Counted from the first letter of the whole stretch, positions 12,184 through 26,404 are shown. The stretch is 63,686 nucleotides of DNA, filler included, from Hyphochytrium catenoides (GCA_900088475.1; 11 parts of 11 records of this genome joined end to end with filler, not necessarily neighbours in it), one strand, 5' to 3'. Translations and numbers: made by a program. The notes: generated from the letters alone by a model not told the origin.

Positions 12184-15100
12184 ATGGCGCAGATCATCCC
12201 ATCCTCCGGCAGCGTTATGGTCGGTTCAGTCAGCCAACCCAAGCAAACGTTACTGGATAAGGATTATAATCGGATAGGGCGGAATGAGGTACTAGAGGTT
12301 AGGCCAAGCATAGTTCATTTCGGAGGCTATGCCCTGGGCCAGACTCATAAGCTCAGGCTGCGCATCCTGAACGTCTCGCCCTTGCCACAGCGGATGAACA
12401 TTATCCCACCCACAACCCGTTACTTCAGGATATCCTATCAAAAGAAAGGGAGACTCTCTCCTGGTCTAAGTGAAGAAGTGGAGATAGAGTTCGAGGGACA
12501 TGAATGGCGATACTATTACGACTGCATCAGAGTGCATTCTGAAGGAGAAAGCCTCCTGGTTCCCCTACATGCTTACCCAGTCAGCAATGAACTCAAAATC
12601 CCCACGAGAATAGATTTTGGCAGATGTCCCTTAGGAGAATTGGCAATAAAGGTAAGACTGTTATGTCGTCTTCGAGTCTGCGATGTACTTTACACATTCC
12701 TGCTAGCTCAAAGGTGGAGACTATCTGGTACAACTTTCACTTCTTTGGCCGCAGCCACTCAGTCGTATTTTCCGGACTTGCAGCCCCTGGCCACCTATGC
12801 CTTTTGCCTATAAGTTTTTTTATTTAAACACTGCTGCTCCGCCTCCCCACGTCTCCTTCGCTTCATCTCGAATTACCTTGCTGTTTCTTCTGCTGCTTGC
12901 GCTGTATGTTATGTATGGCAGCCCCTTCTCCACTGACTTGCGCTTTCGGTAGCGCTTCTCCCTTAGTTGTTCGGTGCCTATCCAGTTCGAGTATTCGATT
13001 GAAGTCACCAAACCACACCCAGATCTCCGAATAGAACCCGTCGCAGGCGTAATCCCTGCGAACGGCTCCATAGAAATCCGGCTTTTCTACACTCCTATCA
13101 CCCTCTCCATCGCCTCAATGGAATTCCTTACCCACCTATCGCAATTTCATTCGTCACCTGTTGCTACTCGTGTCACCGCTTCTGCCGTGGCTGGATTAAT
13201 GAAGGAGAAGATTCTTAAGGAAGCGGTGCTACATGGGGATTTCACGGCTGACGATATAGAGGAACCTGACCTCCCAGCCTCCGTAAGAAAGTACATGTTC
13301 TCTAGGTGTCCCTCCTTGTCTGTTGCTTCTTTCTCTTGCTCTTGCTCTTTCCCTAGATGTGTCTATTCTGCTGATGCACATCAGCGTAAAGAAGTAAAAT
13401 TATCGTCCTGGAATGCCATCTAACTAGCTCTGTTCCGCCAGCTTTCCGGAGAACGGATGGAGCCCAGTCTCTACCACGGCAAAGGCGCAGGCAACGTGTT
13501 GGATCCAGGTCAGTGCTAGTAAAGCAGAATTCATAACAGGGCAGGATCTATAACCTTAAGAAAGGCTACCGTTGAATTTTTTCCCCCGTGTGTCTTGCAA
13601 GCCTCAATTCTCAACTTCGCGCCTATCGCTCAGCCCTCAACTGCATCTTTTTAAAGCTCAACACTTCAGACCAGATGCCTCTATATGTTAGGCCTTTGAC
13701 GATGTCCAAAACCTTGTATGTTCGCTCTCCTTGTTCTTGCTGGGCTGATCATTGTATGTCAAGGTGGTGATTATATGCACTCTTTGCGTATCAAGCCTAG
13801 TGATGGGCCAATGCGGCTTATCTTCCCGAAGAAGCCTTCCCCTCTTCCTGAAGTGGAAATGGATGGACTGAAAGTTCCTGGTACGTTCGAGCAACATGTG
13901 GAAAAACCACCATCTTTGGTGCTTCATTTGAAAAGTCCTTGACTTCATGACACCACCTCCCTTCCTGTTTGCATGCATCGAATTTCTGTCACTGCAGGGG
14001 AGCTTAACGACCAAAAGACAGTGAACTACGTGCTTACGCAGCAACCCGGGAAGTTGACCTTGAAGGATTTGAAAAGTACCATTGAGGAACAGAGAGAAGT
14101 TAGGAGAAAGCAGCAACAAGAACAAGTATGAGCTCCTACACTTAGCTACAGACGCCCTGCTAGTATAATCCCTCCGAAATCCCATTATCCATGCATTTCC
14201 CTTTGGTCGTGCTTTGCTGAGGAGACGCCATTTGCTTACTGAAACCAAGGGTCTCCCATCTCCCTACTATGAATCTCAAGCTTGCTGAGTTTCGATGGAT
14301 GACGTTGTATTACATTCTAACGCTGCCCAATGTCAATTGTTACCAGGAGTTGATCAAGTCTCTCACCGGAAGCTCTGTGGGTGGCCTTACGCTGCAAGGT
14401 ATAGCGGCTGAGGAGGCCTTGGAGGCTCGAAGGACCAGCCGCCAGCTCAAAGAGCTATCGTTCCTCCAGGACATCACGGAGATCAAAAAGCAGGAACAAC
14501 AGAAGGAGTTTGCTACCAAGCAGGTACACTACTAGAATTGTTAGCCAGAGAGACGCCTGCGGAACAGTGTCCCTGGAAAATGTCGGTTCCGACCCACATC
14601 CGTCGCCTTCTTTACTTCATCTCTGCTCAGAGTTAGATTATGCGCCTTTCAGATTTTCTTTTTAAGTTTTCCGCTCCTATCACTTCCGCTTGCAAACTCC
14701 GTACGATCTCTCTGTCCTTTGGCCATATTTTTTACAAGGCCACTTTGCCGCTTATCGTCATACTTTTGTAGGAGTATATAGGTGAAACCCTAATGACGGA
14801 CGCGGAAGTGGAGTACGTCAAGAAGCTGCGAGCATTCGTGAAAGAGTATATGGAAAGGAGTGATAGGACTACTGCCAGGTAGGCAAACGATTTTGCGTTT
14901 CTCTCTACTTGTGTGCTAAATAGTAGCCTTCTTACGCTAAAAAAGGCGAGTGCTTTTTCTTCTAGATCTCTCCGTCTGACTGTTGTGGACTTCTTTAAAT
15001 CGTCCTATATCTAGGACGAAGTACGCAACGGAGCTTTGGGGCCCCTACGACGTACCTCCTCGCCGACCATTACTTCCAGCAGATCGTGTTCCCGCCAGTT

Positions 15101-17350
15101 GCTTTTCTTTTGAACCGAATGCCGCCGATACATGGAAAATGAGAAGGGGGAGTCTCCAGCGTCTGGTACGGGCGGTCTCTAAAGTCATTATTAGGCTTCG
15201 GACATACAAGCATTTCAAGATGATCAAAGACAGATTGGGATCAGCAAAGTCAAAAGAGGAAGTCAGAAGGATGGTGGACCTAGATAACAAAAGGGCAGCC
15301 GCGCTCGCAAACGAACTAAGTCCGGAAGACCTAGAAGAGAAGGACAAGGGAGTAGAGAATAAAGGAGGTACTCCCTTGACAACGAGAGAGAGCGGAGCAC
15401 CAGCGCTTCACCTTTCCTCTGCTACTGTCGGGTTGTCCAAGGATAGCTCTGCCATATCAGGCTTTGTGAAAAACGTTAGTCGCTGCAACATTCCCTTGTA
15501 TGATGACGGAGGTTCCGAAGCGGGAAAGGAGTTCCCAACCACCACCACTACCTCATTCCATGAGCCCAGCTTCCTCCCCCTTGTTGTACCACATGAAGCG
15601 CAGCTGGTAAGAATCGCAGGGGTCGAGGCATTCCTCTCCTTTCTTAATTCGCCACTTCTGACATGTCCGGCGACTGAAAATGCATCCTATGCTTGCTTCT
15701 TTGGATATGGTTGTTTCGGTCACGACTTCTAGCTATCTCCCGCACACACCCCAAGTACTTTTCAACTTCCGCTGTCGAAACTTCTCATGCCCAGTATTGA
15801 CACCCAGCAACCTTTAAATTGCTGGTCCGTGTATGTAGCTGGGATACACAGCCTTTCCTATGCCTCCAATCAGTATCACCCCAGCATGCCAGGAGCCTGC
15901 TCCATTACAACGGCCTTCCGGCTATGAGGATACGTTCCGTGCCTCGTACTTGGCAGCGAAGACTGAGGGCGAGAGGCAGGACAGTGCAGACAGAGCGAGG
16001 ATTGACCAGTGGTCAAGTGAAGAGGAAACGCTTTCTCGAGCTCGGGCACTTTTTGATGAAGTCACTGACGTCGTTGACCTTCTCAAACCTCGAAATGACG
16101 TGAGAATGTTTGCTCCGTACGACGACATGAATGAGGTGGATCCAGGTCAGCTCGCATCCTCTCTACTTCAGAGACCAAAGAGATCAACTTTGTTCTGTAC
16201 AAACTTTATCTATTCCCTCCGTCCTTTCTTTGTTTCCGACTTTATGGTCTCTTTTTCTGCATTATACTCCTATTTGTTGGCGCTGTGACATTCTGCACGG
16301 ACAAATACTGTTCAGCGCCGATTTGTCTTCTGATCTAACCATTATGTGCAGCCCATCATCTGCGACCTTTGGTTATTCGTCGGCCGGAGCCAGATACAAG
16401 AGAGATGCTCCATGCGCAGCGCGGAGGGACAACATCTCTCCTATCCAGTTCTGAAGACGAGCTGTCTCTTTCACTTGTATGGCGGCAGCGGAAGGAAATG
16501 CGATGGTTCCCACCAAAGATTTCATCCTCAAGTAGGTGTTCATTTCAGCTTTCAAGTTGTCGCCATGTCTCAGTACATAATGGCTAACAGGTCCAAGACA
16601 TAATGTCTTCTTGGCTTACTGCTTTTTGTTATTGCTGTATCTTAAGCTCCTTGGGAGCAATCCCATTCCATCTAACCCACATACCATTGATCTAATCCAC
16701 ATCTTGGATATAGGGCTGGTGCCAGATGTCTCAAGTCTTTGGGACTTGGTCGAAGCTCCTTCTATCCTTTCTCGACAGGAAGAAGCGGATGACCTGAGCG
16801 AAAGCGAGAGCGACGATGACACATCACTGGATAGTGCTATGCCCTCACTGGACCTTGCGCGCTCACTTTTCGAGGAAAAAGCAACTAAGCGTGAGATAGA
16901 GTTGAGTGGTACCATGGAGGTTGTTTCGCAGCAGCAGGCCAGGTCAATTGAAAGAGACGTAGCCCTTCATCGACTCGAAGAACGACATTCAAAGCTGCGA
17001 CGACAAAGCCAAGAGGTTTTGGTAAAGGTATACCGGTGCTCTTAGATCCTTCCTAGCCCTTCGGCATGGTCTCAATGTGTCGTGCTCCTTGCAAACGTCT
17101 TCCAATGCGTGATTCGTGCAGCCGTTTGAACCTTTTCTCAAATCGGACTTTCATCATTCGAATCACCCCCATGAAACCGTGTTAACTCTATTCAATCTTC
17201 CACTACCGCCATCCTTTTCTCTCTATCCAGCGAGTTCAAGATTTTGAGCCTATGCTACGTTCTCAGAGCAACGCCTTGCACCCATGGATAACCCTTACGC
17301 ACGGACAATCAAGCGAGGATAAGATCATACTAGCTGGTAACATATTCTGA
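12184..17350 (+). CDS. CFAP221: Cilia- and flagella-associated protein 221 (PCDP1), multi-exon
   Basis: VRPSIVHFGGYALGQTHKLRLRILNVS..RMNIIPPTTRYFRISYQKKGRLSPGLSEEVEIEF..EWRYYYDCIRVHSEGESLLVPLHAYPV and LSCSVPIQFEYSIEVTKPHPDLRIEPVAGVIPANG match the conserved ASH/Ig-like N-terminus of PCDP1. The last exon is 17231-17350. Confidence 0.88.
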
Positions 17351-17556
17351 TTCTGACACTCAGCAGCTAAAGCGAGGGACTAGTCTAGGGCTCTCGATTC
17401 AGCGAGTTCAAAGTTATTAGCCTATGCTACAATCTCAGAACGCCTTGCACCCAAGAATAACCATTACGCATAGACAATCAAGCGATAAGAGCATACTAGC
17501 TGGTGACATATTTTGATCCTAGCACCCACAGCTAAAGCAAGGGAATGGTCTAGGGG
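17229..17556 (+). repeat. Diverged tandem duplication of the CFAP221 terminal exon and 3' flank
   Basis: 17229-17390 and 17401-17556 align throughout (cgagttcaa..gcctatgctac..acgccttgcaccca..gacaatcaagcga..catactagctggt..cagctaaagc..gtctaggg). Confidence 0.9.
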
Positions 17557-17898
17557 TCGGTGCACTGATGAAACAACCGTTACACCTTCAGGCAATGAGA
17601 GTGAAACGATAGCGATCATGAGAGTACTTGTACGAGTATTCACTAACCTCTAGCACAGCCCATTTAATATGGTAGAAGAGTCCTTGAGACTGAATGAGAA
17701 CTTAAAGTCACAAAGCTAGGAGGCAGAAAAGGGCAAACAAGAGATCTACGCTGAAAATCCCTTTTGTGAATTAGAATACATGTCGATGGCTAGACAGGAA
17801 CCTCTCTGGCTATATTGCTCAGAGGGTATCCAAATGAGGTTCAGTGATACGTCATGGACTTTGGTACTTATCAATGGTTAGGTTAGACAGTACACCTA

Positions 17899-20800
17899 TC
17901 AGGCTTTGTTTAGGTGGAAAGCAATATGATAAGCGCATGATTCTGCGACTGCATCCGAGTCCAGGAAGGAAATATGCGCGGACCTTCCTGTTAATACGTC
18001 AACAGATGAAGACGCCTCCAATTGCGGCGGAGAGATATGGATCTTCACAACCTTGGTACTCTGTAGCCTACTGGAGACATGCGAGACCTATCGTCCATTT
18101 TATAGGAGAGAAAGATAGATAATATGAGGTTATGGTCACCGACTGAGATCGTTACTAGGGAGTACGTAGAAACAACCATAGAGTCCTGCTTAGAGGATCA
18201 AGGAGAAAGACTCACGGCTGTGTTCCCTCCCTTGGTTCTCAGCCTTTTCTATGGATAAGTATTCGTCTCTTACCATTTCTCTAAACTCCTTTCCGTACTG
18301 GCTCCTATCGCCTCCTGCAGTCTCTGTGTGCTCCATGCGGGCAGAATGTAGAGGTACATAGAGGTCATTCTCACATGAGAAGAGCACCACAGTCTTGAAG
18401 TGTTTCAGCCCTGATGAAGACAGCTGTGTTATGATTGATGCGATGTAGTGGAAGGGAGGGAGGGCCACTTACCTTGCCCTTTTGCTATTCGGAGGAGGCA
18501 GCTCTCGCCTCCTTCCTCCGTCATGTCTTTTGTGAGAAGCTGTCGCAAGCTCTGGGCGTTCCGCCATTTCTGCATCGCCCACAGTCCTGTGTTGAATAGG
18601 CCAAATCCATACCGATAACCAAGATGGGGCGAAGAGAGAGAGCAATATAGGTAGAAGTGCTCTTTGTAGGAAGCGAGGGCGGGAGCCGAGAGCGCGGACC
18701 GGATGATCAGACCACCGATAGAATGTCCTATGAAGGAAAGCAGGAACGTTTTGCCCTGGGACAAGGGGAAGGCAGAGGTGGGCAGTTAGAAGACCATTGA
18801 GTATAAGTAAGTGGTTTGAGGCTAAGGTTCGCTGACATACAAGCTGAATCCTGCTGGCTTCCAAAAACGTGACAACCTCCTTTGCCAACCTTTGGCCCAT
18901 GAGCTCAATGTCCGACGCCGTGTCATATTGATTAGCAGTTGCGAGAAGGGAGAAGGAGGCAGCAAACGGGGCAGGAGGAAGGAACTGCTGAAGCTTGTTC
19001 CTCAATTTACGCAGATCTGTCGGTTTGCCATCAAACCCATGCTGGAATACAAAGACGTGCACGGGACGTTGAGTAGATGGAGTCAGGATGCCGCAGGTCG
19101 AAACGGAAGGTGTCGATGGAAGGAAAGAGGAAAGTCGTAAAGGGAAGGACGGTTGACTAACTGTGGTGGTCGTGCTAGAGATCTCATCCTCTAGCAGTTC
19201 TCGAGAGGAGAGGCGGCGAAGATGTGAGAATTGTACTTCGAGGTCCAGACCCCCTGAAGAGCCCATGAGCGTGAACCCGAAGGCAAGTTAGAAGGGAGAG
19301 ATGGAGAACCTTTAGATTGAGGGACTGTCAGAGGTTCTGCAAGTACAAACAAAAGTGCAATCAAGAGATGCAAAATACGCTGCGGAAGAACAGACAACAA
19401 GTGTGAGCACTATGGCACAACTGAAGATAAGTGACTATGCGATAATGCTGACCTGCGTTAGGTGCTTTCTCGGCAGAAAGCAGCAATCTTTTTGCCCTCA
19501 CTGCGCGGTCGGACGTCGAAGTATAGCTCTGAACAATTACATAGACAGGATGGATGCTCATCGACACTTCTCTCGCGACGGAGTCCTTAATGGCCAGCTG
19601 CGAGGAAAGTGGAGAAGGTAGGGACGAAGCCTCAGAAAGTCGTTGTAGAGCTTCCCTTTTCAGCGCGGTGAGATTTTGGAAAGAGTCATCGTGAAGTTCT
19701 CCCTGGTAAGTCTGGCACACAGTCCTGGCACTCCAGAAAAGAGTTTTATTTTCCTCCCATTCTTTCTTGCTCTCTCGCATCTCCTTTTTTCCCACATCCT
19801 CTCCTATCTGGAGGAGACAGACGCATTCATTCCAGACCAGGTAGATGTACTCTGCTAAAGTATGAAGGTCACGCCCGAACTGCTGGATAAATATTTCGGC
19901 TATGCCGCTTTCCTTGTCCCTCTCTCCTTCATGTCCATTCTTCTTCTGCTCGAATCTTGCTAGTATAGACGGGACTTCCAGACCGTCTTCCCGTATTTTA
20001 CCCTCACTCCCTGTCCTCTCAAGCAGGGGATCAGCTGCATGCTCAGTGCTGAGAGGAGAGGAAAAAAAGTTCTCTTCAGCGTCCCATCGCAAGCTATGTG
20101 CTCCTAATCCTAGTTTTGGAGATGAGGAGGTGAGAAAACCTGTCATCCTCTGGTGTAACTCACAAAGCCAGCTGTAAGAGAAGAGAAGTTCTTGCAGTTG
20201 CCTGTCAGCGAAAGCTGCAAGTGCCGGAAGGCACTCCTCAAGATCCTCTTCTGTGTACTCTACGACAGAGCGAGGTGACAGCGAGGAGAAAGGAGACCCT
20301 ACGCCATCTCTGCCTCCGCCCCCCTGCGGTGAGAGGGTTGTTCGGGGAGATATTATCGCGCTAATGCCCTGTACATTTCCTCTTCCAGGACTGGTCCTAT
20401 ACGGCTCTCTGTCACTGCTACTTCTAGCACTGACAGACGGGATGTTGACTGTTGGGCGAGACTGTTTCGACTGGCTCCTTAGCTTCTCTTCTCCATTCGG
20501 TTGTGCTGATGCGAACAGAATCGGAGAATTGGTGGAAGTACTATGTCTTGAGGCCATTTGGGAAGCCACAGGTGGACTGCCTGGCAAGGAGGTTGTCAAA
20601 CTTCTTGACCTTCTCCTTCTTTGGCCTTCAATGCCCCTCCGTCTCTGCTCTTCCACTATTGCCATAAGAAAGTTTTCTTTACTTTCTGTCCGAGAGAGGA
20701 GAGAGTGGTTCAGCTTGAGGCCAATCCGGGATGATATAAATAGACAGTCTAGTCGACCAAAGAACATCTGTCCCAGCGAAGCCAAGTGATAGGAACGGAC

Positions 20801-21713
20801 ATTTCGTGTGAGTGGCAGTGAGATGACGTCCTCTCCCAGAGATGTTGGCGAGGAAAGGGTGAAGGAGGGAGAGACGGAGTGCCAAAGGAGTCTGATGGTT
20901 ACGATCACGTCGTTTGACTGTTCATTTCCAATGTTTTTGCCATCTCCATCTCCTTCAAGGGAAAACAGAGGGACATTAAGCTTGAAAAAGGCGCCTTCGC
21001 CAATCAATTTTGGATGGTCTCCGCGAGAGAGTGTAAAGAACCTGTTAGAGGGTCCGTGAGATAAAAGGGAGAGCAGAGGTAAAGCCCGTCAGGAGATTGT
21101 TGACATCGTAGAAGTAGCGAAGGGCGGTCTAGGAGAAGGAGTCTAAATGTGATGGCGGAGATTTCGCTGACAGCGAGGGGCCGGCTGGCATCACTAGGTT
21201 CAGGTTATAGGACGTCCACCCCCGATTGCAAAGAAGATTTCAGGTCACTCCTTCATACCTCGTGGTCCACAGGCAGCTTTCTGGGTCAAACTCGGTTTCC
21301 GGTAGTCTAATGATCCGCTTCTCTTTCCCCGTCACACGTGTCAGAGTGCGAGCCTCACCCTTTTCTTCTCTACCTACATGTTCTCATTCTCAGACATATC
21401 CGGGTGGAGCGAAGGGGATAGATGTACATATTTATATCTATAGGGAGAGATATAGAAGAAGAGAGAGATATATAGAAGAAGAGGGAGAGAGCGAGAGAGG
21501 AAGAAAGAATCTAGAGTAAGGAAGGGAGAGAGGAGGGAGTCGTATACCTTCTAGAACTCTATACGGTATGCCGGCTATAGAAGATCCTGCAACTTTCACC
21601 GAAGTCTGCAACGCGCACACTCCCTCCGACGGGAGGTGCTTTCCATAAAGCTCTCCATATTCCACGAGAATGTCATGCGTGGCGACAAGAGGACAGAATA
21701 GACCAGGAGGCAT
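17899..21713 (-). CDS. FAM135-like / DUF676 putative serine esterase (lipase), multi-exon
   Basis: Motifs HVFVFQHGFDG, nucleophile elbow SFIGHSIGGLIIRSAL, SLSSPHLG, FKTVVLFSCENDLYVPLHSARME and C-terminal GRSAHISFLDS. TGA at 17901-17899. Confidence 0.85.
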
Positions 21714-22978
21714 GGTGAGCCCTTGCTTGTCCCTATATGTTGTATATCTCCTAGGCTAGTGCGCTGTGTTCTAGCTCAGCCAAGGACAGAAGCTTTCCGG
21801 AGCAGTACCGGCTGTCAGTTATACATCCTGATCTTGAAGTTGGCACTGGTAAGGAGGACCAAACTGAACTCGTTCTCGGATGGAGCACAAGGGAAATAGT
21901 CCCAGAGTATGAGTAATCTTGCCGCTGTCCTGACTCTCACAAGCACTCGGGACAGCTATCAGTCTGTCCACACTGTCGCGGCCCGGATGACCTGAGGAAA
22001 GGGTTAATCAGGTAGACAAAGCCAGGAGGACATCGTGGATGCGATGAAGGCTCTGATACTCTCAGGACAGACAAGACGAGGTGATGATCCCAAGACAAAC
22101 CAGCAGCGAGGAGAAAACGAAAAGTGAAAGGACATTTTGAAGATTCCTCCCTCTGTTCCAGCACTCCTCCAGGACCAGAGCCATGAAAGGCGTTACGAAG
22201 AATTTATCTGCAAGAAGATTATTGGGAAACTGGGGAAGATTGGAGCATCAACGATGTCCCGAGCTGCGGACAGAAAGACTCTCCTCGTCATGTTAAGTTA
22301 TGGACTCAGTTCAATTCCTTCTCGCTCTATACCTTTGGCGATCAGATGCTCCCTCAGGTCGGCCTGTTGTGTCAAGAGGGCAAAGTTGCTCTTCAGTTAT
22401 TACCTTCCTTGGTTTTTTCAAGGGGATCAGCACTTTGGGGTGGGTTGGTGGAGCTGTTGGTGGGTCGCAAATTCTACGTCTCAAGGTCTGAAGCAGGCAA
22501 AGACCATGATGCACAAGAGGAAGTGAGTGAATGGGGAAACTGATGTGTGACCCGAAGTGCCCCATAAACCGACGCCTAGAAGTGGGCGCTGGTGTACCAG
22601 AGTCCTAGCGGTACTTTGTCATTCTCAAGGGGGAAAATCGAGGTGTAAGGCCAGGTATGAGACTGTAATGCTAATCAACGCTCGAAATTGGAACTTGGGA
22701 TCCATTGGGCATGGGCATGATAGGTAGCTCTCTGCAGCTGCTTCTGAGAAAGGCTACCTCTTCTTCTGCTGCTAGCTCTTACTCGAACTATAGATTGAAG
22801 ATCTACTCGAACTATAGAGTGAAGATCAACGCCGTGCATACCGCCCTCATATATACTAAGGGTTTTAGAGTCGTTGGGGCAAAGTAATGCAGGCAGTAGG
22901 GCTATGAAAGGTTCAGGTTCTGTTCCGAGACTTTTGGGGAATAATGTAAGTGGAGGATGTAGGATCCCGCCCATATGC

Positions 22979-25437
22979 TCAGTCCCTGTACTCTTCATAT
23001 TCCTTGAAGATAGGGCGTCGCTTCTCAGCCACCGCCGCCACTCCTTCCAGAAAGTCCTCGGATTGGTAGCACAGAGCTTGTGAGTCGGCCTCACGCCATA
23101 GGGCAGTCTCAGCACCTTGGTCCTACGTATCAATGCGAAGCTCGTAAGGGAGATAGTGGCTATGTGCCCATACAGCCCAGTGCCATTGGTCCCCTCCTTC
23201 ACGCGAACTCGTTTTTTCAACTGCTAACACTCTATACTTGACAGACAACACTGCATACATCCCATGCTCCTCTTCCTCAGGCTCATCCTCCCTCAGGTCT
23301 AATTATGTCCCTTTACCTGCTTATTACGTAAGGATCTCGTGGTAGACCTTACTGCTAGCGGAGACGCTCGCGCAATAAGTCCCGCGATCTCAATGGCTCG
23401 CGGCAGAGGAGACTCCTATTTGGGAGAAAGGGTTAAGAGTAGTACATCTAGGCTTTTGCCCTACCACCTCCACAGCCTTGGGAATAGCAATATGCACTAA
23501 GGTCAGACTGTCATTATGAAGAGAGAAAGCTGTATTGCTAAACGTTTCAGCATTGTTTTATCATACACCCCATGATGTAGGTGCTTACCTCCACGCTTTC
23601 TGCAGCCATGCCCAGACGAAGTGCCTCTTCTCCTGAAATTATCTGAAAACAAGCGCAGTTAGCGTTGGTAGACTCAAAGTGCCTACAACCACTGTTCCTA
23701 ACTCCAATCCCGGATTGTTCTGACGTACTTCCTATTCTTTTTTCTGTTTCACTTCAACTTCACTCCTGTGAGCTTTAAGCGGCCTTCGTTGTGTCTATCT
23801 CTCTGTGCTCTGCGTGTCCTTTTAACCCCCGTTGATCTTAGTGCTCAACGTTACCTGTCCTGTTAAAAGGAGCTTGTTTGCGTTTTGTGTGCCCACAACA
23901 TTGGACAAGTAGTGAGTGGCCCCCATGCCCTAGTAGCGACCGGCATGGAAAGGATGACAATCTCTCAGATTCTTGTAGTTAACACTTAGGACGGAGTGGT
24001 ATTCACATTTGCTCGGCAGAGATAAGGGCGATTTGGGAGAAAGGGGTCAACTTGACTAGCAAGGGATGGAGTCTGAGTTTCATTAGCAAAGGATTGAGAT
24101 CACGTACGAAAGAAGTCGCATATCCGTATCGCTAGGGGACTAGGATGAAAAGGAAGAAGTCATCACTGTGAGCCGTAAAGATAAAGAAAGGTACCGGATG
24201 GATGCCGAGATTGACGAACGTGAAGCCTAGGTTAGCGGTCTTTTTTACTACTCTAATGTCACAGGCCACAGCCAAGCATAAACCCTATAACACCAGCAAG
24301 CACGGTCACGGAGATACTATAAGTAACTGTTGGTTTAGCATAAGAACTGAAAAACAGGGCATGTTAACACTGCCACTTCAAAAGAGACAGGATAGGGACA
24401 AGCAAGCGAACACTCTGGAAGGGAGAATTCGGAACAACCAATCTACCGAGGAACACTTCGGAAGGAAGAAGATTAGTCAACAGCTGTGGGCTTTCAAAAA
24501 CTTCAGAACGACATACCGCGCCAATGGCGGGCCCATTGATAGCGGCAACCACTGGGACAGGAAGTTGTCTGACTGAGAGAAACCTCTCATAGAACTTTCG
24601 CATTATCATACTGAGGATAAAGCGGGAGGGTTATAAGCTTCCATGCAATGATAAGACGAAGGCTTTACGGATTAAAGCCGTTAGGGAAAGAGGGATAGAC
24701 ACCCTCATCTAGAGAAGAGAGAGGCTGTCTGCTAGGGGAAACGTTGTTGATTCGTCGAACGTATTTACCTGTTTCTTGAAGGAGAGTCATGGTGCCTCTC
24801 TCGCAACCAATCAAGGTCTCCGCCAGCAGAAAATGCCTTGCCTGATCATAGTTCTAGACTAAGCCTCCACATGAACAACTCTTTGAATTAGAAAGCAGAA
24901 AGAGACACCTTGAAGGAAGATACAAGGGAATGTATAGTAGCAGGAGACGTAAAGAACAATCGAAATGCAAGATCATGCTGTTAAGAACAAATCAAGAGAA
25001 AAGAATGAGTCACAACTGAAACCTGCGCCTGTGAGCACCGCAGCGCCGTAGCTGGAAGACTCTTGTTTCAGGCCACTGACGGCCTCTGGTTAAGCAGGTA
25101 CCCGTTAGCCTTGTCCCTCTGAAAGTGTATGGGAATGAGAGGATAAGCCGTACAGAAAGAGCTAACCTTGGAAAGCTTCCCCCATCTCTACTGTCAGCGC
25201 ATTGAACTTCTCCGGATTGTTCAGAGTTATTACGACCACTGGGGGAATATCACCAGACGTTCCAGCTTTCCTCTCTGGATGCACGAGCTCCACCTTTACC
25301 AGGCCGTCACGTAGAAGAGAAGATGAGCCAGAGGATAAGGCCCTGGACTGCTGCTCTAGCCAGACGCTCCGTAATGACAGAGACAAGCCCTTCGTGACGC
25401 GCTGCAGATGGCGGGGTTTCCCCATTGATGAGATCAT
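22979..25437 (-). CDS. Enoyl-CoA hydratase/isomerase (crotonase) family protein, probably mitochondrial, multi-exon
   Basis: Motifs ITLNNPEKFNALT, AVLTGAG, KAFSAGGDL, PVVAAINGPAIG, GLNIRLGIHP-like segment, ANKLLLTG and terminal exon ALWREADSQALCYQSEDFLEGVAAVAEKRRPIF..*. The N-terminus is Arg/Ser-rich and transit-peptide-like. Confidence 0.88.
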
Positions 25438-26324
25438 CGCAACTATGCACACAGAAGCGAAGCTCCCTGAAGACCCTTGACTGTTGTCAGAACGGTACTA
25501 CCTACTGGACGTATTGGCCACTCACACCGACGAAGGAAAAGCGATTGAGCGGAGGAGCAGCTGTGACAAAGCGAAGCTGGAAAGAAAATGAGAGGAGAAT
25601 CCGCGTAGACCGTCTCAGGACAAATAACTGAGGAGGAGCGGACGTGCAAATGGGCCAGAAAGTGCCTTCAGCTTTTACTGATGTCCCTGGTTCTGACTCT
25701 TCTGACGGATGATCTCATCTTCAACAACATCATAAGGTGAATGATACCCGGTTGCACACTGGTAGAAAACAGATTTCATCGATATCTAGCGGTTAACTAC
25801 CAGGATCATTGTTATAAAGTCCAACATGGGCGCTAGATACCAGTAATTACCCCCACAACCGTTTTATTGCCAGTCATCATCAGAACCTTCAGAAACACAC
25901 TGCTCCTGCTTGATCTTCACACGGATTAAGAGATCTTCCATCTTCCACTTAGCTGCTTGTCTGTCCAACCCGAAGATCTGTGGGGTTATACCTTTTCCAA
26001 CCTTCCAGATTAGAGAAAGCAGGTTGACATCTTCCGCCGGAAGCGCCGGGAGGAGTGAGCTATCCTACTGACCATTTCTGAAGGGTCAAACGTAGGAGCT
26101 TTTGTTTATGTCAGTGCTAATCCGCCTAATACACCCGATCTCAAGCTTCCACTTGATGTGAGAATCGTCTTGACAAGTTGCCTGACGACGAACGACAGCG
26201 CGCCGCCCAATTCGTGTTGAGACGAGAGCTTGCTGTTCGAGTTTCCATAGGAGATCGCAAAGAGCGGAAGTGACTGTACATGAGCTCTCACCGCGGGTCT
26301 GTCTNNNNNNNNNNNNNNNNNNNN

Positions 26325-26404
26325 NNNNNNNNNNNNNNNNNNNNNNNNTTAATTAATTAANNNNNNNNNNNNNNNNNNNNNNNNNNNNNNNNNNNNNNNN
26401 NNNN
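26325..26404. other. Assembly gap with artificial TTAATTAATTAA linker (also near 37501, 38988, 40874, 43003, 44703, 46401, 59470, 61083, 62477)
   Basis: An identical palindromic 12-mer with stops in all six frames sits inside each N run. Confidence 0.95.

Noticed and set aside
22137-22543. Plus-strand ORFs between the FAM135-like and crotonase genes
   Set aside because: No recognisable motif or consistent exon chain.
22675-23220. 181-aa minus ORF
   Set aside because: It overlaps the true terminal exon of the enoyl-CoA hydratase in another frame.
26349-26360. TTAATTAATTAA palindromes as piggyBac TTAA sites or a biological motif
   Set aside because: They always sit within N runs, so they are artificial contig-joining linkers.
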